A DNA stretch of 64,000 nt from Gammaproteobacteria bacterium (GCA_050288105.1 JBNKDE010000010.1:130375-194374), one strand, 5' to 3'. Counted from the first letter of the stretch, positions 22,706-31,957 are shown. A program made the numbers and translations. Notes: generated by a model not told the origin, from the sequence alone.

Positions 22706-23284
22706 GTGGAGCGTCTTACTGAGGAGAACCTCATGAATAATCTCAGCCAGGGCTGCTCGCATATCTTTCTGCGCGCGGTCGAAGGCCTGTCCAGACTACT
22801 CGGCTATATCTCAGCACTACTGCTAATTGTGGCGGTATTGGTCGTCTGCCATATGGTATTTAATCGATTTGTTATGAACCTTCCTACCTCATGGCAAACT
22901 GAATTCGTCACTTATGTGCTGCTCGCCTCCACTTTTCTTGGTGCACCCTGGGTATTACTGAAGCGCGGTCATGTCAACGTAGAGCTGGTACCACTGATGC
23001 TGGGACAACGCGGCCGATTTGTTTTGGCACTATTTGCCTACTTTATGTCAGCAGCACTATGTATCACCATCACCTGGTTCAGCATTCTGTTCTGGTACGA
23101 AGCCTGGGAAGGCGGCTGGTCTTCCGACTCCATCTGGGGACCCAAATTATGGAAGGCATACCTGCCTATGCCCATCGGTTTTTTTGCCATCAGCCTGCAG
23201 TACATTGCCGATCTGCTGTGCCTGTTAACAGGCCGTGAACATCCATTCGGCATCGAACCCAACACCCCACCGGAGACTGCCTGA
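22706..23284 (+). CDS. TRAP transporter small permease (DctQ family)
   Basis: Four-TM small membrane protein immediately upstream of DctM. Confidence 0.75.
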   Translation: MERLTEENLMNNLSQGCSHIFLRAVEGLSRLLGYISALLLIVAVLVVCHMVFNRFVMNLPTSWQTEFVTYVLLASTFLGAPWVLLKRGHVNVELVPLMLGQRGRFVLALFAYFMSAALCITITWFSILFWYEAWEGGWSSDSIWGPKLWKAYLPMPIGFFAISLQYIADLLCLLTGREHPFGIEPNTPPETA

Positions 23285-24600
23285 TGGATCCTATTACGCT
23301 CGGCGCGCTGGCCGCTTTATGCCTTGTCGTGCTGCTACTATCGGGTATGCCCGTGGCTTTTTCACTGGGCGCAACTGCACTCATCTTTCTAGTCATTCAG
23401 GACGGAGTCGGTGCCTTCACTGTAGTTGCAGACACGCTATTCGCCTCACTGGATGAATTCGCTCTGTTATCCATACCGATGTTTCTGGTAATGGGTTCAG
23501 CCATTGCGGCTTCGCGCGCAGGTGCAGACCTGTATGAAGCGCTGGATCGCTGGTTATATCGCGTACCTGGCGGGTTGCTAATCTCCAATATTGGCGCCTG
23601 TGGCATATTTGCAGCCCTCACCGGATCATCACCGGCCACCTGTGCTGCAATTGGCAAGATGGGTATCCCCGAGATGCGTAAACGAGGTTATCCAGCCAGC
23701 CTCGCGACGGGCTCAATCGCCGCTGGCGGCACCCTGGGTATACTGATCCCTCCCTCGATTACCATGATCGTGTACGGCATCGCCACCGAGACCTCTATCG
23801 GCCGCCTGTTCGCAGCCGGTTTGCTACCTGGGCTGATGCTGATCGGGCTGTTTATCGCATGGTCTCTTTTGTATGCCTATCTCAAGGGTTATACCTTTAT
23901 TGAAGCGGACAAGCATTTTTCACTCAGGGAAAAATTCGTTATCCTGCCCAAGGTCATCCCCTTCCTGACCATTATCGTACTGGTGCTATGGGCACTCTAC
24001 GGTGGAGTCGCGACACCTTCCGAAGCCTCAGGTGTGGGTGCGCTGGTGTGCATCCTGCTGGTGATGATCATTTACCGTGTGTGGCAGCCTGCAAAACTGT
24101 GGGAAATGATCAGTTCAGCTACGCGCGAATCTGTCATGCTGATGATGATTATCGGGATGGCCGGGCTATTCAGCTACATGATGTCCAGCCTGTACATTAC
24201 CCAGGGTATCGCAGAGTACATCGCAGAACAGGAACTCAGCACCTGGGTACTGATGCTGTACATTAACCTGTTCCTGCTGGTTGCGGGCTTTTTCCTGCCA
24301 CCCGTCGCTGTCATTCTGATGACATCACCCACGCTGGTACCTATCGTAATTCAGGCGGGTTTCGATCCCATCTGGTTTGGGGTAATACTCACGCTGAATA
24401 TGGAGATTGGTCTGATCACCCCGCCTGTGGGCCTCAACCTGTACGTCATTAACGGCATTGTGCAGGATGTGGACCTCAAAACCGTTCTCATCGGCGCGTT
24501 ACCTTTCATGCTGTGCATGGTGCTGGGGATCTTCCTGTTGATGATCTTCCCCGAGATCGCGCTCTGGCTGCCCGACAAACTGATGGGGACAATTCAATAA
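23284..24600 (+). CDS. TRAP transporter large permease (DctM family)
   Basis: 438-aa polytopic membrane protein of the DctM family. Confidence 0.9.
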   Translation: MDPITLGALAALCLVVLLLSGMPVAFSLGATALIFLVIQDGVGAFTVVADTLFASLDEFALLSIPMFLVMGSAIAASRAGADLYEALDRWLYRVPGGLLISNIGACGIFAALTGSSPATCAAIGKMGIPEMRKRGYPASLATGSIAAGGTLGILIPPSITMIVYGIATETSIGRLFAAGLLPGLMLIGLFIAWSLLYAYLKGYTFIEADKHFSLREKFVILPKVIPFLTIIVLVLWALYGGVATPSEASGVGALVCILLVMIIYRVWQPAKLWEMISSATRESVMLMMIIGMAGLFSYMMSSLYITQGIAEYIAEQELSTWVLMLYINLFLLVAGFFLPPVAVILMTSPTLVPIVIQAGFDPIWFGVILTLNMEIGLITPPVGLNLYVINGIVQDVDLKTVLIGALPFMLCMVLGIFLLMIFPEIALWLPDKLMGTIQ

Positions 24601-24605
24601 ATCCT

Positions 24606-26000
24606 ATGACTGCACGAGGATGGCTGGAAAGATTACTCGATAGCGTTGCCGATCACGGCTTTGACCTGATCGGCCTGAAGGAGCGTAACGGACGCGTCCC
24701 TTCTGATTCGGAGTTGTGTCACCGCCTGGTAGAAGGTGTCGGCGAAGCCTCAAATATTGTGCTCGCGCGCGAAATCCTGCAACGCTGGCAAGTAATGGAT
24801 GATGATCGCCGACTGGCATTTCTTACCCTGCTGGCAATCGAGATGGATCCGGACCCACAGGCTATTGCTCTGGCAGCCTCCCATTACAAAGCACGCGACC
24901 CCGATAGCCTGAGACTACTGCTGGAAGCCAGCGAACCACCGCGCCAGGAATTATTCCGTCGCCTTAACATGGCACCTGACGGCACATCGATACTGGTCAA
25001 GATGCGCGCGCATCTCCTTTCGTTGCTAGGTAGCCATCCCGAACTCAGAAACGTCGATATGGACTTTCAGCACCTGCTGTCATCCTGGTTTAATCGAGGC
25101 TTTTTGCGCCTGGAACGCATTGACTGGAATGCACCTGCATCCATTCTGGAAAAGCTGATCCAGTACGAAGCTGTACACCCGATGGCTGGCTGGGAAGACT
25201 TGCGACGAAGACTGGGCAGAGACAGACGCTGTTTCGCTTTTTTTCATCCCGCCCTGCCTCAGGACCCATTGATATTTGTCGAGGTCGCACTCACCCGCAG
25301 CATCAGTGACTCAATTACCAGCCTGATCGATACCGAAGCCAATGAAAGCGACCCCGAACAGGCCAATACCGCAGTATTCTTTTCGATTAATAACGCGCTT
25401 AAAGGGCTGCGCGGTGTCAGTTTCGGTAACTTTCTGATCAAACAGGTGGTCACCGAACTGAGTTCCGAATTTTCAGGTATTCACAACTTTGTCACACTGT
25501 CCCCTATACCCTCACTGCGCCGAGCTATTACTGCTCTAGCGAACAATGAGCATGGTGATTCAGCTCGCCAGCAACTCGATAAGATTATTGGTAATCGCAT
25601 CATTGAATTGCAGCAGGCAAGCGGTCAAACCGGACTAATTGCGACCCTGGATACTTTAAGTGCCAACGTTCAGGCAGGCGAGATTAAAGACCTGGTCGCT
25701 GGTGTGCTGCACGATATCATCCTGTTTTATCTGACACAGATAAAACGCAAACAGCATGCGCAGGAATCGGTTGCACATTTCCACCTCTCCAATGGCGCTC
25801 GTCTAGAGCGCATCAATACCTCGGCAAACCTCTCCAGACGCGGTTTTGAACAATCCTGGGGCTGCATGGTGAATTATCGCTATGAAGCCAATGAGCTGGT
25901 ACAAAACCACGAAGCTTATGCCTGCCAGGGTCGCATAGCGCTGTCGCGCGACCTTGAAAAACAACTAAAAAAACTAACGACAGATCTGGAGCACGCCTGA
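24606..26000 (+). CDS. matA: Malonyl-CoA decarboxylase
   Basis: Start moved to MTARGWLERLL, just after the DctM stop. MCD family (FFHPALPQDPLIFVEVALT, NFVTLSPIP). Confidence 0.85.
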   Translation: MTARGWLERLLDSVADHGFDLIGLKERNGRVPSDSELCHRLVEGVGEASNIVLAREILQRWQVMDDDRRLAFLTLLAIEMDPDPQAIALAASHYKARDPDSLRLLLEASEPPRQELFRRLNMAPDGTSILVKMRAHLLSLLGSHPELRNVDMDFQHLLSSWFNRGFLRLERIDWNAPASILEKLIQYEAVHPMAGWEDLRRRLGRDRRCFAFFHPALPQDPLIFVEVALTRSISDSITSLIDTEANESDPEQANTAVFFSINNALKGLRGVSFGNFLIKQVVTELSSEFSGIHNFVTLSPIPSLRRAITALANNEHGDSARQQLDKIIGNRIIELQQASGQTGLIATLDTLSANVQAGEIKDLVAGVLHDIILFYLTQIKRKQHAQESVAHFHLSNGARLERINTSANLSRRGFEQSWGCMVNYRYEANELVQNHEAYACQGRIALSRDLEKQLKKLTTDLEHA

Positions 26001-26178
26001 ACTCCAGGCATCAAACCCCCTGCATTCCTTGAAAAACTATGATCCGGGCTATAACGGTCAAGTTACCGTTAGTCTAAAAACACCGCTTACCAGAAGAATT
26101 TAAACATTAACTTAGGTTATATTTGGGAAATAAATCCCGTATAATTGCTGTGGTCATAAAAAGGAGGATCACCTGAAG

Positions 26179-26967
26179 ATGCGTAGCTGCAATTTCATAC
26201 TGCTGACAATGTTATTTTGCTTTGGGGTATCTGCTTATGCTACTGAGAACAGCCATAACCAGGTTTCGATAACACTGGTTTCAGACCAGGGAGTGGTCAT
26301 AAGATCCGGAGAAACTGCGGTCCTGTTAGATGGATGTGATAGAAGTATTTATCAAGGCCTGCTAAATGGAAAACCGCCTTTTAGCGCGATTCAACTGGTA
26401 CTTGTTTCGCATCCACATGCCGACCACTTTAGCCCAACCATTACACGAGATTTCCTTCAGAAACACCCAGAAGCCCACCTGTTATCCTCAGCGGAGATCA
26501 TTAACAAAATAAAAAAGGGTTCTGAAGAATCCCCCCAGATCAAAAAACAACTAAAAGAACTCAAAACCGGAGCGGGAATGATTCCTTCATTAGGTTACTC
26601 AGGAATAAAAGTTGAAGTTATCGAGTCCAGCCACGCTGTAAGCCCACTCTTTCCAGAAAGTGTGATGGGCTATATTTTTAGTGTCGGTAATAAAAAGATT
26701 TTTTATCTCGGTGAGTCCGAAATGACGCCGGATGTATGGCAAAATCGCAACCTGAAATCAAGCCATATTGATACGGTTATACTTCCTTACTGGATATACA
26801 AGGAAGCCACAACACAACAAGTTCTAGATGATTATATTGCGCCCAAAACAATCGTCGTCACGCTGGAAAAAGATAATAAGTCTGACGATCAATTCGCAAA
26901 ATTATCCAGTATTAACAGGGGAGTAATCTTTATGGATACAATCATGCAGTCGATGATCGTAGAGTAG
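26179..26967 (+). CDS. Secreted MBL-fold metallo-hydrolase
   Basis: Signal peptide and the LVSHPHADHFSP (HxHxDH) motif. The gene and its flanks are distinctly AT-rich. Confidence 0.75.
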   Translation: MRSCNFILLTMLFCFGVSAYATENSHNQVSITLVSDQGVVIRSGETAVLLDGCDRSIYQGLLNGKPPFSAIQLVLVSHPHADHFSPTITRDFLQKHPEAHLLSSAEIINKIKKGSEESPQIKKQLKELKTGAGMIPSLGYSGIKVEVIESSHAVSPLFPESVMGYIFSVGNKKIFYLGESEMTPDVWQNRNLKSSHIDTVILPYWIYKEATTQQVLDDYIAPKTIVVTLEKDNKSDDQFAKLSSINRGVIFMDTIMQSMIVE

Positions 26968-27208
26968 CTAAGTAAAAATATAAACAGCCTCTCTACTATC
27001 TGGTCAAGGAATATTCAGGTTCAGCTACGGAGGCATTTTTTAAGTATCAGCGTTGTATAACATCTTCGAAAAACTCTGTACTGTAAGCCAGATACCTCCA
27101 GGCACCCGTCCTATTAAAGAAAGCAGATTGATTAGATTTCAACCCGTAGCTACCGCACCCAGAACTAACTATTGTCGGTTTCATAACTCCAGGGAAGCGC
27201 TAAATTAA

Positions 27209-28084
27209 TCAGAGATTCGCTAACATTTCTTCACTACGCCGCCACTCGACTTCAGCCTGCAGTTGCAGGCTGTTGACCACCTGCTCGAGTACCTGCGAAT
27301 CTCTGTTGAGTGGGTAGACCATATAGGCCGGTAGTTTGAACTGCGGGCTATCGCGTCGATAAAACAGTTGCCCGGATTGCAGCAGCGGTCCTGCCATGCG
27401 CATAGGGACAAAACAGGCTCCCCCGTTACTCTGTATGATCTGCACTGCCAGCCAGCCGATATTCACGACCTGTGCCGGACGCTCCAGATCCGGATAACTG
27501 CTGCTGTGCTGAGCATGGAATGCCGGCCCCCAGTCAACATACACATAATCTTCATCCGGCCAGGGCTTGTGCGGGTCGCTAGTGACTAGTACCAGGGTTT
27601 CATCAAACAAATGTGATACCTGTAACCCCGGACTATGCTGCGGGGTATACATCAACGCAACATCCATCGTACCTTCGATCATGCGCCGCATCAGGTCTTC
27701 TTCAAAACCGATCTCACTACGAATTGAAACATCGGGATTGCTACGCCTCATCTCACCTACCCAGCGCGGTAAAAACCCCTCCCACAGCGCAATACGCGCA
27801 CCAATCGTAATGCTGGCTCGGTATCGACTGGGCAATCCAACATCATGTTTAGCCTGCTCTAGCGTCAGCAGAAAGGTTTTGGCGTGATGGACAAATCGCC
27901 GACCCGCAGCAGTCAGCGTGGCCCCGGATCGGTTTCGCACGAACAGCGTGGCACCCAACGAGGCTTCCAGCCCCTGTATTCGGCTACTGACAGTGGATTG
28001 AGTGACGTGCAGTCGTGCCGCTGCCTCCAGAAAACTACCATGCGCGGCCACGGCAAGGAAGGTTTTAATCTGGTTGGTATCCAT
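27209..28084 (-). CDS. LysR-family transcriptional regulator
   Basis: N-terminal HTH (FLEAAARLHVTQSTVSSRIQGLE) plus a LysR substrate-binding domain. Confidence 0.9.
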   Translation of the reverse strand: MDTNQIKTFLAVAAHGSFLEAAARLHVTQSTVSSRIQGLEASLGATLFVRNRSGATLTAAGRRFVHHAKTFLLTLEQAKHDVGLPSRYRASITIGARIALWEGFLPRWVGEMRRSNPDVSIRSEIGFEEDLMRRMIEGTMDVALMYTPQHSPGLQVSHLFDETLVLVTSDPHKPWPDEDYVYVDWGPAFHAQHSSSYPDLERPAQVVNIGWLAVQIIQSNGGACFVPMRMAGPLLQSGQLFYRRDSPQFKLPAYMVYPLNRDSQVLEQVVNSLQLQAEVEWRRSEEMLANL

Positions 28085-28088
28085 GTCT

Positions 28089-28150
28089 TTTAATATCGGA
28101 TATTCCGATGTTAATGTCCAATATAAATCGTTTGTCTTATATTAACTCAA
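28089..28150 (+). promoter_or_regulatory. Copy B of the duplicated motif, in the LysR / TusE-like divergent intergenic region; contains an LTTR-type T-N11-A dyad
   Basis: ttaatATCGGAtatTCCGATgttaatgtccaatataaatcgtttg: a perfect dyad ATCGGA/TCCGAT with T-N11-A geometry, 9-23 bp from the LysR start codon. Confidence 0.5.
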
Positions 28151-28216
28151 ACTTATATAGTGTTTTTACAAAGATTTCTGAAGCTGCTTTTCAACATTTC
28201 ATCGGGAGATAAAACC

Positions 28217-28858
28217 ATGCTGTGTGTCAATGTAAACATGAAATTTACCCGTCAGCCGCTCAAACGAACACCAATTGAGCTGATCCTGGACGCTGATGGA
28301 GGACGTATTGGTCCAGTCCCAACCGATAGGAGTGGTCAGGCCTGTTTTGACCTGCCAGCTAGTAGCGGAAAGATTCTGATTGGCGGCGTGGAGCGCTATC
28401 AGGGACGGCTTGATGGCCATATCGATATCGAGCTGTTTAGTCTCACAGAAACTGCCAGCAACTCTGAAGGTGCAGCGACCAACGTCACTCGCGGCAGTAA
28501 TGCCTACCCAAGTATGACGACACGTAAGGTAACGTTGCCTCAACGAGAAGTTGTCACCGACAGTGAAGGCTATCTGGTAGACCCGGATGACTGGTGCGAG
28601 GATTTTGTACGCGAACTGGCGCGTATTGAGAACCTTGAACTCACTAGTGAACACTGGGAAGTCATCCGCTTTGAGCGCCAGTGGTATGCCAAACAGGGTA
28701 CTCAGGCCACAGTACGCCATATGATTAAACACTTTCGCCAGCTATGGGGTAACGAACGTGGTAGCAGTGAATATCTGCACCGCCTGTTTCCACGTGGTGG
28801 CCCGCAAAAACAGGGTAACCGACTGGCCGGTCTGTTACGTCCCAAAGGCGAGGTCTAA
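28217..28858 (+). CDS. Fusion protein: unknown N-terminal domain (about 110 aa) plus a C-terminal TusE/DsrC-family domain lacking the conserved cysteines
   Basis: The C-terminal 105 aa align closely with E. coli TusE (TDSEGYL; ELTSEHWEVIRF; ERGSSEYLHRLFPRGGPQKQGNRLAGL), but the protein ends ...RPKGEV where TusE has ...PKPVKCI. Good RBS (GGGAG) before the ATG at 28217. Confidence 0.7.
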   Translation: MLCVNVNMKFTRQPLKRTPIELILDADGGRIGPVPTDRSGQACFDLPASSGKILIGGVERYQGRLDGHIDIELFSLTETASNSEGAATNVTRGSNAYPSMTTRKVTLPQREVVTDSEGYLVDPDDWCEDFVRELARIENLELTSEHWEVIRFERQWYAKQGTQATVRHMIKHFRQLWGNERGSSEYLHRLFPRGGPQKQGNRLAGLLRPKGEV

Positions 28859-28880
28859 CCGCCTCGGTCAATCCCATCGC

Positions 28881-29177
28881 ATGCAGAACTGGTTCTATAA
28901 AAACCTCGGCGATGCGATGCTTGCGGATGACAGCCTGCAACAGATCAAACAGCTATTCCTGCGGACCTACCCCGATCCTAAGCAGCAATCAGATAAGGCA
29001 ATTCTTTATTGTCACCTGTCTGAGGGCAGGCTGCATTGCGAAGTGATGGTTTATTTTTCTCCGGGCTGCAGCAGCATGGCCCAGGCTCTGGCTGCGGATC
29101 CCTGTCATGAACCATCAAACTCCGATCTTAGTCTGCTGGTCGGCAAACTAAAGACTCCGATCCGTTCTGGTAGCTAG
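28881..29177 (+). CDS. Hypothetical small Cys/His-rich protein
   Basis: ORF directly downstream of the TusE-like gene (CH..HC..GC..CH spacing). No recognisable family and a weak RBS. Confidence 0.4.
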   Translation: MQNWFYKNLGDAMLADDSLQQIKQLFLRTYPDPKQQSDKAILYCHLSEGRLHCEVMVYFSPGCSSMAQALAADPCHEPSNSDLSLLVGKLKTPIRSGS

Positions 29178-29542
29178 AGCTTCCCCCAGGTCGCCATTAG
29201 ACCCAATATGCTCTACCTCAGGAAAATTTTAATAAGAAATCTTTTTAAAGCAGTAATGGCGGATAGGTCAGATATCCCTCGCTAGAAAATATCGAATGCT
29301 AGAGGCATGGCTTCTATCCTTTAACATTGATTTCCTCAGTTACCTGGACTTTAGTTAAGCGCTAAGTTACAGCTTTAATACGGACAATAAATCATTTTTA
29401 ATCAAAGAGTTTCTTTAGCCCGGAGTTGATTTGTCCCGACCCAGTTGGTTCCATAAGAACCGAAAACTGTGAAAATTTACTTTATCTGGATAACTTTACG
29501 GATTATTTGTTAGCATGCTTCTTTTATGAACCTTTTTTAACC

Positions 29543-30427
29543 ATGCCCGTATCGATTCATTTACTCATTAAAACATTGCACCTACTTTGTTTTCTGTGCC
29601 TGGCTTCCTGGTCGGTGAGTGCGTCGACGGAACTACCCACCTTTATCAAGACAGCGTCCAACACAACGGCTAACAGCAATACCAGTGACACTATTCAACT
29701 GATGATCGGATCAGTGGTATCGCTACAGGGACAGGGCTGGTTGGTTCATAGTGATGAAACTCGTGAAAAATTCAGCATTGGCCTCTCTCTGAAGCAGGGA
29801 GACAGTATCCATACAGCGCCTCAATCCACGGTCGAGGTGAAATTTCTCGATGGCTCCAGCGTCACTGTAAAGCCCTCCAGCCAGGTCAATATTGAGCAAT
29901 ATCGCTGGGATGAGAAAAACAAAAAAGGCATCTCCGTATTCGAATTCATCAAAGGCGCTTTTCGTGCCATTTCAGGCCTGATTGCAAAAGATGACCCGGA
30001 TAATTATGAATTTAAAACCCCGGTTGCCACTATTGGGGTTAGAGGTACCGACTTTGGCGCACGTTATTGTGAAAATCACACCTGCGTTACTCAGATGGGT
30101 GAAAACAGCCTGACACTCTCTCAAGGTGTCTATATAGGCGTGCTGGACGGTCAAATTGTAGTACGAGGTAAAAACTCGGAAACCCTGGTTGATGCTGGAC
30201 AGGCGGTATTCCAGAAAGACGCCGATTCTCCCGCTCAGCCGATACAGAACCTGCCCGGCCTGATCTTCAGCGCCGCCGAACTCAAGACCTATACCAGCGA
30301 AGTTAAGGTGCCATTTTATGCTGCATTTTTACTGGATAGCAGTGGCAGCCCAATCAAGGACAGCTTTGGCAATTGTATCCGCAGCAGTCAGTATCGTAGC
30401 GATCACTCTGTCGCCGAGTGTCAGTAA
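29543..30427 (+). CDS. Secreted FecR-domain protein
   Basis: Signal peptide and a FecR-type domain (ATIGVRGTDF). No ECF sigma factor or TonB receptor nearby. Confidence 0.7.
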   Translation: MPVSIHLLIKTLHLLCFLCLASWSVSASTELPTFIKTASNTTANSNTSDTIQLMIGSVVSLQGQGWLVHSDETREKFSIGLSLKQGDSIHTAPQSTVEVKFLDGSSVTVKPSSQVNIEQYRWDEKNKKGISVFEFIKGAFRAISGLIAKDDPDNYEFKTPVATIGVRGTDFGARYCENHTCVTQMGENSLTLSQGVYIGVLDGQIVVRGKNSETLVDAGQAVFQKDADSPAQPIQNLPGLIFSAAELKTYTSEVKVPFYAAFLLDSSGSPIKDSFGNCIRSSQYRSDHSVAECQ

Positions 30428-30440
30428 AACACAGCCACCC

Positions 30441-30477
30441 GAGGCCGCTATAAATCGATCCGGCCTCATTTCTTATC
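30441..30477 (+). terminator. Terminator-like hairpin after the FecR-domain gene
   Basis: gaggccg-N13-cggcctc followed by the U-rich atttcttatct. Confidence 0.4.
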
Positions 30478-30535
30478 TGCTATCATGGGCGCATACCGCA
30501 TAGCGCCCCTGATAATTATCCCTTTGTAGACCCAC

Positions 30536-31918
30536 ATGACAACTACCGACTTTGCAACGCTTGATCTGTCGCCCGACTTCCTCGCTAACCTGAACGCACT
30601 GGAATATCACCACATGACCCCGATCCAGCAGCTTAGCCTGCCGGTTCTACTACAGGGCAGGGACATTCAGGCGCAGGCCAAGACCGGTAGCGGCAAAACC
30701 GCCGCTTTTGGTATAGCCCTGTTGCAGGCGATCGATACCCGGGATGCCTTTACCCAGGCGCTGGTATTATGCCCAACCCGTGAGCTGGCAGATCAGGTCA
30801 GCAAGGAACTCCGCCGCCTGGCGCGTTCAGTACCCAATACGCGCATTCTGACCCTGTGCGGGGGGACCGCTATTGGCCCACAGTTCGCCTCTCTGGAATA
30901 CAGTCCACATATCGTGGTAGGTACACCCGGCCGCATCATCAAGCACATCCACAAACAATCACTTAAGATTGATCAGCTCAAATCCCTGGTGCTGGATGAA
31001 GCCGACCGCATGCTGGATATGGGCTTCTATGAAGACATGCTGCAGATCATCGATGAGGCCCCATCAAACCGCCAGTTGATGTTATTTTCCGCCACCCTGC
31101 CAGACGAAATTAAGCACATCAGCCAGAACATTCAAAACAGGCCAGTCGATATACAGGTTGAAAGCCTGCACGATGATAAACACATCAAGCAGATCTTTTA
31201 CGAAATCAACAAGGGAGAGCGCCTGCAAACACTGGTTGCCTTACTGCATCATTACCGCCCCGAATCTACTGTCGTATTCTGTAACCGCAAACAGCAATGC
31301 CAGGAACTGGCAGACCAGCTATGGGAACAGGGCTTTCATGCAATTGCCCTGCACGGTGATCTGGAACAGCAACAACGCGATCAGGTACTTGTTCAGTTCT
31401 CAAATAAAAGCAGCTCAATACTGGTAGCTACTGATGTTGCCGCACGCGGCCTGGACATCAAGGAGCTGAGCGCCGTGGTCAACTACGATCTGGCCTATGA
31501 CCCCGAAGTCCATATTCACCGCATCGGCAGAACCGGGCGCGCAGGTAATCAGGGCCTGGCATTGAGCCTGTTCATGCCATCTGAAGTCAGCCGCGTAAGC
31601 GCGATCGAAGCGTTTCAGAAAACCAGCGTCACCATTGAAGACCCCACGCGACTCAAATTGCGCGAGAATTTCAGACTCAGCCCCCCCATGGTAACCCTGC
31701 AGATTAGCGCAGGGCGTAAGGACAAGATACGCGCTGGAGATATTCTGGGTGCACTCACAGCCAATACCACCCTGCCAGGTAAACAGATAGGCAAGATCGA
31801 CATCTTCGAGAAACTAGCCTATGTCGCGGTAGAACGACCCATCGCTAAACAGGCGCTTAAGATCCTCAGCGAAGGCAAGATCAAGGGGCGTAAGTTTCGC
31901 GTGCGCAAATTGGGGTGA
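30536..31918 (+). CDS. dbpA: ATP-dependent RNA helicase DbpA
   Basis: DEAD box (VLDEADRM), SAT, HRIGRTGRAG, plus the C-terminal DbpA RNA-binding domain. Confidence 0.9.
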   Translation: MTTTDFATLDLSPDFLANLNALEYHHMTPIQQLSLPVLLQGRDIQAQAKTGSGKTAAFGIALLQAIDTRDAFTQALVLCPTRELADQVSKELRRLARSVPNTRILTLCGGTAIGPQFASLEYSPHIVVGTPGRIIKHIHKQSLKIDQLKSLVLDEADRMLDMGFYEDMLQIIDEAPSNRQLMLFSATLPDEIKHISQNIQNRPVDIQVESLHDDKHIKQIFYEINKGERLQTLVALLHHYRPESTVVFCNRKQQCQELADQLWEQGFHAIALHGDLEQQQRDQVLVQFSNKSSSILVATDVAARGLDIKELSAVVNYDLAYDPEVHIHRIGRTGRAGNQGLALSLFMPSEVSRVSAIEAFQKTSVTIEDPTRLKLRENFRLSPPMVTLQISAGRKDKIRAGDILGALTANTTLPGKQIGKIDIFEKLAYVAVERPIAKQALKILSEGKIKGRKFRVRKLG

Positions 31919-31931
31919 TGGTTAAAGATGA

Positions 31932-31957
31932 TTCTGGTTTATCAGGAATTTCCTTCC
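31932..31957 (+). terminator. Rho-independent terminator after dbpA
   Basis: tcaggaa-tttcc-ttcctga followed by tttttt. Confidence 0.7.
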
